From assembly GCA_963764625.1 (NCBI GenBank), contig CAVXTH010000008.1, positions 32,001-96,000 on the forward strand: a stretch of DNA of 64,000 bases, in the 5' to 3' direction. The number at the start of each line of letters is the position of its first letter. Within the stretch, counting starts at the first letter, position 1. The position numbers and the translations under genes are program-made. This stretch comes from Candidatus Krumholzibacteriota bacterium. Lineage in GTDB: Bacteria; Krumholzibacteriota; Krumholzibacteriia; JAJRXK01. This document shows positions 9,674-20,013 of this stretch, piece after piece. A model generated the notes under the pieces. The model ran no database searches, was not told the DNA's origin, and saw nothing but the letters and a program-made list of their open reading frames with translations.

Positions 9674-11359
9674 ATGGCCATCGTAGAGTGCGTTCCCAAT
9701 TTCAGTGAAGGCCGCGATCAAGCGGTTCTCGAGGCGATCGTGGCCGCGATTCAGAGCGCGGATGGTTGCCAGGTGTTGGATGTGGATCCGGGCGCGGCGA
9801 CCAATCGCACCGTGGTGACCATCGTGGGCGAGCCCGAGGCGGTGCTGGAAGGCGCGTTCCGCGGAATCGCGAAGGCGGCGCAGCTCATCGACATGAGCAA
9901 GCATCGAGGGGCCCACCCCCGCATGGGGGCCACCGACGTGTGCCCTTTCGTGCCGGTCTCCGATCTCAGCATGGACGACTGCGTGGAGCTCGCACGTCGT
10001 CTCGGCCAACGTGTGGGCAAGGAACTGAAGATTCCCGTCTACCTCTACGAGTACGCCGCCTCGCGACCCGAGCGCGTGAACTTGGCCGACGTGCGAAGCG
10101 GCGAATACGAAGCCCTACCCGAAAAACTGAAGAAAGCGGAATGGAAGCCCGACTTCGGTCCCGCCAGCTTCAATGCGCATACCGGCGCCACCGCGATCTC
10201 CGCCCGCGAGTTCCTTCTGGCCTACAACGTCAACCTCAACACCCAGGACAAATCGAAGGCCAGCGACATCGCCCTCGATCTGCGCGAACAGGGCCGAGCC
10301 AAGCGAGACGAAAAGGGCGAGATCGTCCGTGACGGATCTGGCAATGCGGTGAAAGTCCCCGGGCGGTTCCAACACGTCAAGGGGGTGGGTTGGTACATCG
10401 ACGAGTACAAGCAGGCACAGATTTCCATGAACCTGACCAACTACAAGGTGAGCGCTCTGCACGATGTGTTCGATGCCGCCCGTGAAGAGGCGGTCAAGCG
10501 CGGCTTGAGGGTGACCGGGAGCGAGCTGGTTGGATTGGTGCCGCTGGAGCCGATGCTGATGGCCGGCCGGCACTACCTGCGCAAACAGGGAAAGAGCGCC
10601 GGCATTCCCGAGAGCGAAGTCGTCGAATGCGCCATTCGCAGCATGGGCATGCGCGACGTGGCGCCGTTCGATCCCCAGGAGAAGATCATCGAATACCGCC
10701 TCGCGAAGGGGCAGACCGGCCTGGCCGACCTGACTCTCTCTGGGTTCTGCGACGAACTCTCCAGTGAATCTCCGGCCCCGGGCGGCGGAAGCGTCGCCGC
10801 GCTGGTGGGGAGTCTCGCAGCCGGCCTAACCGCCATGGTGGCGAACCTGACCGTGGGCCGGAAGGGCCAGGAAGAAGTCTGGGAGGAGATGAACGAGTTG
10901 GCGGTGCAGGCGCAGGCCCACAAGGACTGGCTGATGGATGCGGTCGACGCCGACACCGAGGCCTTCAACGCGGTGCTGGCGGCCCGCCGTCTGCCCAAAA
11001 ACGGCGCGGACGAGGTCACGGCGCGCGAGGAGGCCATCCTGCAAGCCAACCGCGAGGCGACTCTCGTGCCTTTGACTGTCCTAGAGCGCACGCACGCGGT
11101 GCTGGAGCTCACCGCAAACGCGGCTGACAGGGGCAACCCCAACAGTCTCAGCGATGCTGGGGTTGCGGCGCTCTGCTGTCTCGCCTGCGCCGAAGGGGCC
11201 TACTACAACGTCCTCATCAACCTGGCCGGGCTGAAGGAGGACCAGCCCTGGGCCGGGGAGACCCGGCGCCGGGCCGAGGCGGCCCTGAGCGAGGCCCGAA
11301 AGAGCGGAGAATCCATTCGCGACGAGGTCGCGGCCCGCCTCCGGGTGGCGCTGGACTGA
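9674..11359 (+). CDS. ftcd: glutamate formimidoyltransferase / formimidoyl-THF cyclodeaminase
   Basis: VECVPNFSEGR, HPRMGATDVCPF; cyclodeaminase domain SPAPGGGSVAA and GNPNSLSD. Confidence 0.95.
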   Translation: MAIVECVPNFSEGRDQAVLEAIVAAIQSADGCQVLDVDPGAATNRTVVTIVGEPEAVLEGAFRGIAKAAQLIDMSKHRGAHPRMGATDVCPFVPVSDLSMDDCVELARRLGQRVGKELKIPVYLYEYAASRPERVNLADVRSGEYEALPEKLKKAEWKPDFGPASFNAHTGATAISAREFLLAYNVNLNTQDKSKASDIALDLREQGRAKRDEKGEIVRDGSGNAVKVPGRFQHVKGVGWYIDEYKQAQISMNLTNYKVSALHDVFDAAREEAVKRGLRVTGSELVGLVPLEPMLMAGRHYLRKQGKSAGIPESEVVECAIRSMGMRDVAPFDPQEKIIEYRLAKGQTGLADLTLSGFCDELSSESPAPGGGSVAALVGSLAAGLTAMVANLTVGRKGQEEVWEEMNELAVQAQAHKDWLMDAVDADTEAFNAVLAARRLPKNGADEVTAREEAILQANREATLVPLTVLERTHAVLELTANAADRGNPNSLSDAGVAALCCLACAEGAYYNVLINLAGLKEDQPWAGETRRRAEAALSEARKSGESIRDEVAARLRVALD

Positions 11360-11389
11360 GGGTCTCGGCCAAATTCTGAATAACTGGAC

Positions 11390-11444
11390 TTGATTCTCCT
11401 TTCCCCGCGTTCCATAATGGGAAAAATATTCGAACGAATGTTCG
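11390..11444 (+). promoter_or_regulatory. sigma70-like promoter plus palindromic operator of the benzoyl-CoA operon
   Basis: TTGATT(11390)-N17-CATAAT(11413-11418); CGAAC-GAAT-GTTCG at 11431-11444, just downstream of the predicted start site. Confidence 0.7.
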
Positions 11445-11460
11445 GACGGGTGAGGGAATC

Positions 11461-12528
11461 ATGTCACAATCGCCTGTTGGATACGGATTTAGCCTCAAGG
11501 CGGCCGGAGAGCCGCTGGAACGACTCGAACTGACCGAACTCTCCCCTGGCCCCCAAGAGGTACTGGTGGAGGTGGCCGGCTGCGGGGTCTGCCACACGGA
11601 TCTGGGATTCTGGGCCGGCCAGGTGCCCACCCGCCATCCTCTTCCCCTGATTCTGGGACACGAGATCTCCGGGCGCGTGGTCCGCGCCGCACCGGACGTG
11701 CGGGAATGGGAAGGGCGCGCGGTGCTCGTGCCGGCGGTGGTGCCGTGCGGGGAGTGTCCCGCCTGCCGCGCGGGACGGCCCACGATCTGTCGTCACCAAT
11801 TCATGCCCGGCAACGACGGGCACGGCGGATTCGCCACCCACGTCCGCCTGCCCGCGCGCGGTCTGTGCGAAGTCCCCGAGCCCTTGCCCGAGGGACTCTC
11901 ACTCGCCCACCTTTCGGTGGTGGCGGACGCGGTCACCACCCCCTACGAGGCGATTCGCCGCAGCGGATTGACGGCCCAAGACGTCGCCGTCTTCGTCGGC
12001 GTGGGAGGGGTTGGAGGATTCGGGGTGCAGATCGCGGCCGCCCTGGGAGCCGCGGTCGTGGCGATCGACGTCGACGAGGATCGTCTCGCCCTCGCTTCGG
12101 CCCACGGGGCGAACCTGACTCTGGATGCGTCGTTGAGCGATCCCGGCGAACTCAAAAAGAAAGTCCGGCGCTTCGTCAAGGCCGAGGCACGCGGTGGCAT
12201 CGGCCTGAAAGTATTCGAGACCAGCGGCACGACCGCCGGTCAGGAGACTGCATTCAACCTGCTCGACTTCGGCGGGTACCTGGCCGTAGTCGGCTTCACT
12301 CCTCAAAAGGTCACGCTCCGCCTGAGCAATCTCATGGCTCTGGATGCCACCGCGCGCGGCAATTGGGGCTGTCCTCCGCAGTGGTATCCTGACGCGCTCG
12401 CCCTGATCCTCTCGGGAAAAATCGATCTGGCCTCCTACGTTCAGACCTTCCCACTGGACGAGGCGGCGACCGTCATGAACGAAGTGGCGAACCATCGCAT
12501 CCAGAAGCGTCCCATTCTGGTGCCCTGA
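11461..12528 (+). CDS. had: 6-hydroxycyclohex-1-ene-1-carbonyl-CoA dehydrogenase
   Basis: Zn-ADH motifs CGVCHTD, GHE and CxxCxxC; MPGND, VVADAVTTPY, RLSNLMA, GNWGC; context with oah, dch and bcr. Confidence 0.9.
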   Translation: MSQSPVGYGFSLKAAGEPLERLELTELSPGPQEVLVEVAGCGVCHTDLGFWAGQVPTRHPLPLILGHEISGRVVRAAPDVREWEGRAVLVPAVVPCGECPACRAGRPTICRHQFMPGNDGHGGFATHVRLPARGLCEVPEPLPEGLSLAHLSVVADAVTTPYEAIRRSGLTAQDVAVFVGVGGVGGFGVQIAAALGAAVVAIDVDEDRLALASAHGANLTLDASLSDPGELKKKVRRFVKAEARGGIGLKVFETSGTTAGQETAFNLLDFGGYLAVVGFTPQKVTLRLSNLMALDATARGNWGCPPQWYPDALALILSGKIDLASYVQTFPLDEAATVMNEVANHRIQKRPILVP

Positions 12529-12549
12529 CTCATCGAAGCGAGGAAGACC

Positions 12550-13638
12550 ATGCAGAACCACGATCTCACGGAGAGTTTTCGACCCCGGCACATCCTCTAC
12601 GAGCACAAGGCGGTTCTCTCTCGCGAAGGGGAAGCCGTCGAGGGGCTCCACAACGTCTGGATCTCGCTCAACAACCCCCAAGAGCTCAACTCGTATACCA
12701 CCGACAGCATCAAGGAGATCATTCTCGCCTTCCGGGCCGCGAGCAACGACCGCGCGGCGGTGGCGGTGGTCTTCACCGGGGTGGGAGATCGCGCCTTTTG
12801 CTCGGGCGGAAACACGCGCGAATACGCCGAAGTCTATGCCAATGCGCCCGGGGAATACCGGCAGTACATGAGGCTGTTCAACGACATGGTGAGCGCCGTT
12901 CTGCACTGCGACAAACCGGTCATCTGCCGGGCGAACGGCATGCGCGTGGGTGGTGGACAGGAGATCGGCATGGCCTGCGATTACACCATCGCGAGCGATC
13001 TCGCCGTGTTCAGCCAGGCCGGGCCCAAGCACGGATCCGCCCCCGACGGAGGGAGCACCGATTTCCTCCCCCTCTTCGTGGGCATCGAGAACGCGATGAT
13101 GAGCGGGACCCTGTGCCATCCCTGGAGCGCGCACCGCTTCTATCGCCTCGGAGGTCTCACCGGCATCGTGCCCGCTCTGCTGGTGGACGGGGGGTTCGTT
13201 CCCAATCCGCTGGTCGTCACCGATCGCTACCTGGACGAGTACGGGCGTATCGTGCACGGCGAGTTCAAGTCGGGGGAGGAACGCACGAAGGGCAAAGAGA
13301 TCCTCGCCAAGGGGGAAGTGAACCTGAGCCAACTGGACGCGGCCACCGACGCTCTGGCGACGGACCTTCTCTATACCATGCCCGACTGTCTCACCAAGAC
13401 CATCGAGAGCCTCCGCAAGCACAAACTGGAACACTGGAATTCCAATAAGGAGGGCAATCGCGCATGGCTGAGCCTGAACATGATGACCGAAGCAAGTTGC
13501 GGCTTCCGGGCCTTCCATTACGGGACGAAGAGCCAGCGTGAAGCCGACTTTCCCCTCCTGCGTCGCCGTCTGGCCGAAGGCGCCCGTTGGGACGAGAGCT
13601 TGATGCGGGAAGTCGCTCCCTGGATCGAGAGGGGATGA
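12550..13638 (+). CDS. oah: 6-oxocyclohex-1-ene-1-carbonyl-CoA hydrolase
   Basis: Crotonase fold with MQNHDL, NSYTT, FCSGGNT.EY, YRQYMRLFNDMV, QAGPKHGSAPDGG. Confidence 0.93.
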   Translation: MQNHDLTESFRPRHILYEHKAVLSREGEAVEGLHNVWISLNNPQELNSYTTDSIKEIILAFRAASNDRAAVAVVFTGVGDRAFCSGGNTREYAEVYANAPGEYRQYMRLFNDMVSAVLHCDKPVICRANGMRVGGGQEIGMACDYTIASDLAVFSQAGPKHGSAPDGGSTDFLPLFVGIENAMMSGTLCHPWSAHRFYRLGGLTGIVPALLVDGGFVPNPLVVTDRYLDEYGRIVHGEFKSGEERTKGKEILAKGEVNLSQLDAATDALATDLLYTMPDCLTKTIESLRKHKLEHWNSNKEGNRAWLSLNMMTEASCGFRAFHYGTKSQREADFPLLRRRLAEGARWDESLMREVAPWIERG

Positions 13639-14432
13639 CGGTGGATGAAACCAAGGTGAGAGTCGAATTCTCCCACGACGAACGAGTCGTGAGTCTGATC
13701 CTCGCCGCACCCAAGGCGAACGTGCTCGACAAAAGCATGACCACCCAGCTCACGAAGGCGCTGGTTTCCCTGCACGAGCGAAAGGTACTCCGCGCCATCG
13801 TGGTCCGTCCCGAGGGCCCTCACTTCAGCTTCGGGGCGAGCGTGGAGGAACATCTGCCGGAGCAAATCGCCGGTGCACTCGCACGCTTGCGCGTGCTCCT
13901 GACCGCGCTGCTGGAAGCCCCCGCTCCCACCATCGCCGCCGTGCGCGGGCAGTGTCTGGGAGGTGGGTTGGAGCTTGCGCTGGGCTGCGACCTGATTCTG
14001 GCCGAGGAGAGCGCGAGTCTGGGACTCCCCGAGATCAAACTCGCCGTCTTTCCCCCGGCGGGCGCCGCTCTCCTTCCGCCTCGTATCGGCGCGAGCCGCG
14101 CCGCCCGGCTCGTGCTCCAGGGCTGCAGCCTGAGTGGCAGCGAAGCCCTCGCGGCGGGACTGGTGGCCGTTGCCGCACCGGCCGGAGAGCTCGACGCCAA
14201 GCTCGACGAGCTGCTCGAAAACGACTTTCTTTCCCGCTCCGCCGCCGCGCTCCGCTACGCCGCCAAGGCCTCGCGCCGAAGCCTTCTGGTCGCGGTAAAC
14301 GAGGATCTTCCCGAGCTCGAGCATCTCTACCTCGAGAAATTGATGGCCCAACCCGATGCGGAGGAGGGGATCCGGGCCTTCCTGGAGAAACGCCCGCCGC
14401 GCTATCAGGGCGGCGAAGGGCGGTCGTCGTGA
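13635..14432 (+). CDS. dch: cyclohexa-1,5-dienecarbonyl-CoA hydratase
   Basis: PKANVLD, HFSFGASVEEH, GQCLGGGLE, PEIKLAVF; ATGA overlap with oah. Confidence 0.9.
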   Translation: MTVDETKVRVEFSHDERVVSLILAAPKANVLDKSMTTQLTKALVSLHERKVLRAIVVRPEGPHFSFGASVEEHLPEQIAGALARLRVLLTALLEAPAPTIAAVRGQCLGGGLELALGCDLILAEESASLGLPEIKLAVFPPAGAALLPPRIGASRAARLVLQGCSLSGSEALAAGLVAVAAPAGELDAKLDELLENDFLSRSAAALRYAAKASRRSLLVAVNEDLPELEHLYLEKLMAQPDAEEGIRAFLEKRPPRYQGGEGRSS

Positions 14433-15607
14433 ACTCCGCCCTGCAGAGCCTCGTGAGCCGGGCGGTGACGCTCCACGAAGATCTTGCCCTGGCCGCAGTC
14501 AGAGAATGGAAGGAGAAGCACCCGGGCGCGAAGGCGATCGGCCATCTGCCGATCTACGTGCCCCGCGAGCTCATCCACGCAGCCGGCATGCTTCCGGTCG
14601 GCATCATGGGCGGAGGAGAGGAGCTCGAGATCATTCGCGGGGACGCGTATTTTCAGAGCTACATCTGTCACATTCCGCGCTCCACCATCGAACTCGCTCT
14701 GAGCGGGCGGCTCGATTGTCTGGACGGGATGCTCTTTCCCTCCATCTGTGACGTCATCCGGAATCTCTCGGGGATGTGGAAACTCCTCTTTCCCAAGAGC
14801 TACGTACGCTACGTCGACGTCCCGCAGAATTTTGTCCCGGGGGTGGGCGGCCTGTTCTGGCGCCATGAACTCGAAGGGCTGCGGCGTGATCTCGAAGAAC
14901 TCGGGGGGCGTCCGATCGACGACGAGTCTCTGAGAGCGAGCATCGAGATCTACAACGAGAATCGCCGGGCGATCGCCGAACTTTACGCGGCGCGCAGCCA
15001 AGAACCGTGGATCTATCCCAGTTACGAAATGTACCCGGTGGTGCGCGCGGGAAACGTCTTGCCTCCCGACGAGCACACCCAGATGGTACGGGACTACCTG
15101 GCCCTCGCCCGAAACGAGAGCGGCCGGGTCGAAATGGACCTGAGCCGAGTCGTCGTGGTCGGCACCTTCTGCGAACAACCTCCGGTCACCCTTCTCAAGA
15201 CCCTCGAGCGCGCCGGCTGCTTCATCGTCGACGACGACATGCTCCTGGGATTGCGCTGGCTCACCGGGGACGTCCCGCTCGAGGGCGATCCGCTGCAGAA
15301 TCTCGTCGAGGCCTATCTGAGCCACAGCGTGTCGACGGCCTCGCGCTACGAGCCCAAGGGCGACAAGGGCCGCTCCCTGTTGAATTCGGTCCACGACAAC
15401 GCGGCCGAGGGCGTGATCCTCGCCGCGCCCAGCTTCTGCGATCCCGCCCTTCTCGATCAACCCATGCTCGCTGCCGCGCTCGCGCGCGAGGGGATTCCCT
15501 ACACCCAATTCAAGTACTCCGAGGACATGGGTCAGTTCGCCGTCATCCGCGAACAAACCGGCACTTTCGCCGACTCCATCCGCCTCTGGAACGAACGGGA
15601 GGGGTGA
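14429..15607 (+). CDS. bcrC: benzoyl-CoA reductase subunit C (class I, Thauera type)
   Basis: RGDAYFQSYICHIPRSTIEL, FPSICDVIRNLSGMW, PSFCDPALLD; GTG start overlaps the dch stop. Confidence 0.9.
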   Translation: MNSALQSLVSRAVTLHEDLALAAVREWKEKHPGAKAIGHLPIYVPRELIHAAGMLPVGIMGGGEELEIIRGDAYFQSYICHIPRSTIELALSGRLDCLDGMLFPSICDVIRNLSGMWKLLFPKSYVRYVDVPQNFVPGVGGLFWRHELEGLRRDLEELGGRPIDDESLRASIEIYNENRRAIAELYAARSQEPWIYPSYEMYPVVRAGNVLPPDEHTQMVRDYLALARNESGRVEMDLSRVVVVGTFCEQPPVTLLKTLERAGCFIVDDDMLLGLRWLTGDVPLEGDPLQNLVEAYLSHSVSTASRYEPKGDKGRSLLNSVHDNAAEGVILAAPSFCDPALLDQPMLAAALAREGIPYTQFKYSEDMGQFAVIREQTGTFADSIRLWNEREG

Positions 15608-15609
15608 CC

Positions 15610-16912
15610 ATGGCAAGCCCACGTCAGAATTCGAACGCTGCGGTCCAGAAGGACCTCAGCATGGATCTGCAGAAGAAGATGATCGCCGATCATTATCTCG
15701 CCCTGCAGAACGCACCCGAGCGCGGCGACAAGACGGTGTACACCTTCGTGCCGGGCAACCTCACCGAGCTCATTCGCTCCTTCGATCTGCTTCCGGTGCT
15801 GCCGGAGATCAATGCGCTCCAGTCAGGGAATGCGCGGTCTCTCGGCCGGGTACATCGCGGAGGCCGAAAAGGCCGGACACTCCGAAGACGTCTGCACTTA
15901 CGTGAAATGCGATCTAGGAATGCTGAAGAAGGGCAACATCTCTCCCACCGGAACGCGTTTGCCCAATCCGGACCTCTTGCTGCTGTCCTATACCGGCTGC
16001 TTCACCTTCATGAAATGGTTTGAGCTGTTGCGCGAGGAGTACGGGGCTCCCACCAGCATGCTCCACGTCCCCTACCAGTCCGACGGATCGATCCTCGACC
16101 ACCAAATCGAGTACGTGGTCGATCAGCTCAAGACCGAGGTCATTCCCAAACTCGAGAGCATCAGCGGAAAGAAGTACGACGAGGGCCGGCTCAGGGAGAT
16201 GCTCGCGCTCTCGGCCAAGGCCGAGGACGACCTGGTGTGGGTGTTGGAGAGCGCCAAGAATACCCCTTCCCCCATCGACGCCTATTTCGGGGGCGTCTAC
16301 TACATCGGGCCCATGTTCACCGCCTTCCGCGGCACCCAGGAAGCGGTCGACTACTACTCCGCTCTCAGGCGCGAGATCGAAGAGCGCCTGCGCAAGGGGC
16401 TGGGTCCGGTGACTCCCGAGGGCGAGGCCAAGAAGGAACGCTTCCGTCTCGTGGTGGAGGGCCCCCCCAACTGGACCAGCTTTCGGGCCTTCTGGAAGAT
16501 GTTCTACGACGAGGGCGCGGTGGTGGTGGCCAGCTCCTACACCAAAGTAGGAGGACTCTACGACCGCGGTTTCCGCCACGACCCCTCGCGACCGCTGGAG
16601 AGCCTGGCCGAGTACTGCATGGGGTGCTACACCAACCTCTCCCTTCCCGCCCGTATCGACCTCTTGGCCTCGTACGTGCGCGAGTACAACGCGCACGGAT
16701 TCTTGATCAACAGCGTGAAGAGCTGCAATTCGTTCAGCGCGGGACAGCTTCTGATTCTGCGTCAGCTCGAGGAGCGTACCGGCGTGCCGGGAGGATTCAT
16801 CGAGAGCGACCTGGTGGATCCGCGCTACTTCTCCTCCGCCAACATCAAGAACCGCATCGAGAGCTACCTGCAGATGCTCGAGCAGAAGGGGCGCGCGGAG
16901 GCACGCTCATGA
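15610..16912 (+). CDS. bcrB: benzoyl-CoA reductase subunit B (1-nt insertion near 15826-15829)
   Basis: TFVPGNL.EL...PEINALQSG joins MRGLS...GHSEDVCTYVKCD in another frame at TCAGGGAATG; KSCNSFSAGQL. 433 aa when corrected. Confidence 0.9.
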
Positions 16913-18261
16913 AACACTGGAAGATCTACGTGGGCATCGACCTGGGCTCGACGACCACTAAAGCGGTCATCCTCGACGAGGATGGCGAGGTGCTCGGAAA
17001 GGGTATCACCAACAGCCGTAGCAACTACGACGTGGCGGCCGAGATCGCGCGCTCGGAGGCGTTCATCCAGGCGCGCTTTACTCTCTTGGGGTCGTTCATG
17101 CTACAACACGAGACCCTCGCGCGCGTCAATCAGACGGTCTTGCCCGCCCTGGAACTCGGCTTCAAGCTGCAGCAGTACCTCGAACAGCTGAGCCGCTTGC
17201 AAATCGAATTGCATCGAGCCGCGAAGTCCGCTCGCTTCGAAGGACGTCGTCAGGATCTCGATCCTCTCCTCGACCGCATCGTCGACGCGATGTCCGAGAA
17301 GATGAAAGAGGTCTTCGCCCCGGGTCAGGAACGCAAGAGCGACTTCTTTCGCGACCTGGCGGGCGCGGAGTACATGAAGCTGGCCGAGGAGTACAGCTCC
17401 CCCCAGGGACTCAGCTTCGAAGAACTCTGTGGTCTCTACGACACCGCGATCCTGCCGGTCGAAAACACGACGGGGAACACCGGCTTCGCCGAGAACATCC
17501 AGTCTGCGCTCTCCGTGGCGGTGCAGCGTCTCGCGTTGGACCCCACCTGGGATCCGCAGATCGAGACCGAACTGCGCGCCTGTGTACAAGAGGGCTCACA
17601 GGCGCCGTTGGACGAGATCGCCACCGTCGGTACCGGCTACGGTCGCGCACGCCTGCCCTTCCCCCGCGAACAGATCCGCAGCGAGATTCTCTGTCATGGT
17701 CTCGGAGCTCACCGGATGTTTCCCGGCACCGCCACCGTGCTCGACATCGGAGGACAGGACACCAAGGCGATCCAGGTGGACGAGAATGGCATCGTCACCA
17801 GCTTCCAGATGAACGATCGCTGCGCGGCTGGCTGTGGCCGCTACCTCGGCTATATCGCCGACGAAATGAACCTCGGCCTCCACGAGCTGGGACCTCTCGC
17901 TCAACGCGCCCGCAAGAAAGTGAAGATCAGCAGTACCTGCACCGTGTTCGCGGGGGCCGAGCTTCGCGACCGTCTTTCCATGGGACAGCGAAGGGAAGAC
18001 ATCCTGGCCGGCCTTCACCGCGCCATCATTCTGCGCGCGATGTCCTTGCTGGCTCGCTCGGGTGGGATCGACGACGAGTTCACTTTCACCGGTGGCGTCG
18101 CGCGCAATCCAGCCGCGGTGGACGCTCTCAGGGGTCTCATCGACGAGAACTACGGGCCGCGTACCATCAACATCTCGCCCGACTCCATCTACACCGGCGC
18201 CCTGGGCGCGGCGCTCTTCGCCCTGAGAGGAGGTCAGCCGCATGAGCTCAGTCGCAACTGA
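16909..18261 (+). CDS. bcrA: benzoyl-CoA reductase subunit A (ATP-binding activase)
   Basis: GIDLGSTTTK, GITNSRSNY, GTGYGR, SEILCHGLGAH, DIGGQDTK, MNDRCAAGCGRYL. Confidence 0.92.
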   Translation: MKHWKIYVGIDLGSTTTKAVILDEDGEVLGKGITNSRSNYDVAAEIARSEAFIQARFTLLGSFMLQHETLARVNQTVLPALELGFKLQQYLEQLSRLQIELHRAAKSARFEGRRQDLDPLLDRIVDAMSEKMKEVFAPGQERKSDFFRDLAGAEYMKLAEEYSSPQGLSFEELCGLYDTAILPVENTTGNTGFAENIQSALSVAVQRLALDPTWDPQIETELRACVQEGSQAPLDEIATVGTGYGRARLPFPREQIRSEILCHGLGAHRMFPGTATVLDIGGQDTKAIQVDENGIVTSFQMNDRCAAGCGRYLGYIADEMNLGLHELGPLAQRARKKVKISSTCTVFAGAELRDRLSMGQRREDILAGLHRAIILRAMSLLARSGGIDDEFTFTGGVARNPAAVDALRGLIDENYGPRTINISPDSIYTGALGAALFALRGGQPHELSRN

Positions 18262-19135
18262 CACACTCATCACCGCCGGGGTGGACGTGGGAACCAGCGC
18301 GGTGAAGACGGTGATTCTCGCATTCAAGCATCCGGAATCGATCGGTCGCTCGGTGGGTGAGGCCGATGTGGAGATCATGTCGTATCGCCAAGATCGGATC
18401 CGCCGCAGGGATCTGCGTGAAGTGGTGGACCAGAGTTGGGCGGTGGCGTTAGAGGCGGCCGGCCTGGCTCCCTCGGACGTGGCCTACGTGGCCAGCACCG
18501 GCGAGGGTGAGTTGGTGGAGTTTCGCCGGGGACACTTCTACGGCATGACCACGCACGCCAGAGGTGCCACTTTCCTATTTCCCGGAGCGTGCGCGGTCCT
18601 CGACCTCGGCTCGCTCCACGCGCGCGCGATGAGAGTGGATGGCCAGAGCCGCGTACTCGCCAATCGCATGACGAGTCAGTGCGCCTCCGGTTCGGGACAG
18701 TTTCTGGAAAACGTGGCGCGGTATCTCGGAGTCACCCTTCAGGAGGTCGGCGAACTGTCGACTCGCGCAGAGACTCCCGAGCCGGTGAGCAGTGTGTGCG
18801 CGGTGCTGGCCGAGACGGACGTGATCAACATGGTCAGCAGCGGCATTCGAACCGAAGACATTCTAAAGGGCATCCATCTCTCCATGGCCGGCCGCTACGT
18901 CAAACTCTTGCGCGCGATCGGAGGAGAGGGCAAAATCGTGATCACGGGCGGCCTCTCCGCCGATCGGGGTCTGGTGGAGGCCATGCGAGAGAAAGCCGCC
19001 GAAGACGATTTGCCCATGGAATTTCACACCCACGAACTCTCGGTACACGCCGGAGCGTTGGGGGCCGCCCTATGGAGCGGCTATCGGCATCATATTTTGT
19101 CCAAGCGGCACAACCCGAACGACGGCGCCTCCTAG
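18242..19135 (+). CDS. bcrD: benzoyl-CoA reductase subunit D
   Basis: GVDVGT, STGEGE, HFYGMTTHARG, MTSQCASGSGQFLEN, CAVLAETDVINMVS. Confidence 0.92.
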   Translation: MSSVATDTLITAGVDVGTSAVKTVILAFKHPESIGRSVGEADVEIMSYRQDRIRRRDLREVVDQSWAVALEAAGLAPSDVAYVASTGEGELVEFRRGHFYGMTTHARGATFLFPGACAVLDLGSLHARAMRVDGQSRVLANRMTSQCASGSGQFLENVARYLGVTLQEVGELSTRAETPEPVSSVCAVLAETDVINMVSSGIRTEDILKGIHLSMAGRYVKLLRAIGGEGKIVITGGLSADRGLVEAMREKAAEDDLPMEFHTHELSVHAGALGAALWSGYRHHILSKRHNPNDGAS

Positions 19136-19259
19136 CCTCAAGTCAACGGCTCGCGCACCGAGCGAAGACAGGGGAAGCATGCACGCAGCCAAGTCTTCGA
19201 ATTTTCCACCACCCAAGGAGCCGCGGGAGTCGCCGCTCTCCCCGGTCTACTCGCGGGAG

Positions 19260-19961
19260 ATGGAGGGCCGGGTCGCGATCGTCAGCGGCGCCGCCGGTGG
19301 CATCGGCCGGGCCATCATGGCCGAGCTTCTTGCCCACGGCGCGCGCGCGGTGGGACTCGATCTCTCGATTCCTCCCGACGCCAATCTCGACTGGGTGAAA
19401 GCTGACGTGGCGCAGGACAAAGACGTGCAGAGCGTCGTGGCCGCCGTCATGGAAGATTTCGGTCGCCTGGACTACGTGGTTCACGCCGCGGGGATCGCGC
19501 GGGACAAAGTCGTCTGGAAACTCCCGGTGGACGACTGGGATGCCGTGCAGCGCGTCAATCTGAAGGGTGCGTTCTTGCTGCTCCGGCACGCGGTTCCTGC
19601 CATGCGTGCGGGAGACGGAGGACGCTTCGTGTTCCTCGGTTCCATCAACGGTTCTCGGGGCAAGTTCGGGCAGACCGCGTACGCGGCCAGCAAGGCCGGG
19701 CTTCTCGGTTTGGCCAAGAGCGCTGCGCGGGAGACCGCGCGTTTCAAGATCCTGGTGAACGTGGTGGAGCCCGGAATGGTGAACACCGACATGACGAAAG
19801 ATTTGCCCGAAGCCGTACGGGCCGAGGCGCTCGACGAAATCCTGCTCGGCAAGCTCGCCGAACCGGTGGATGTGGCCCGCGCGGTTCACTTTCTCCTCGG
19901 CGAGGGGGCCGCGCACATCACGGGACAGCTTCTTCGCGTCGACGGCGGGCAGTATCTCTAG
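19260..19961 (+). CDS. SDR family oxidoreductase (FabG-like 3-hydroxyacyl-CoA/3-oxoacyl reductase)
   Basis: SGAAGGIG, AGIARD, GQTAYAASK, VDGGQ. Start may be 19179. Confidence 0.88.
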   Translation: MEGRVAIVSGAAGGIGRAIMAELLAHGARAVGLDLSIPPDANLDWVKADVAQDKDVQSVVAAVMEDFGRLDYVVHAAGIARDKVVWKLPVDDWDAVQRVNLKGAFLLLRHAVPAMRAGDGGRFVFLGSINGSRGKFGQTAYAASKAGLLGLAKSAARETARFKILVNVVEPGMVNTDMTKDLPEAVRAEALDEILLGKLAEPVDVARAVHFLLGEGAAHITGQLLRVDGGQYL

Positions 19962-20013
19962 CACCCGTCGCGCGGGAACGCTGAGTGAATCTCGGAGTCC
20001 AAGGAGGACTGTC

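Noticed and set aside
11390-11403. TTGAT as an FNR half-site upstream of the anaerobic operon
   Set aside because: No ATCAA second half; it is explained as the -35 element.
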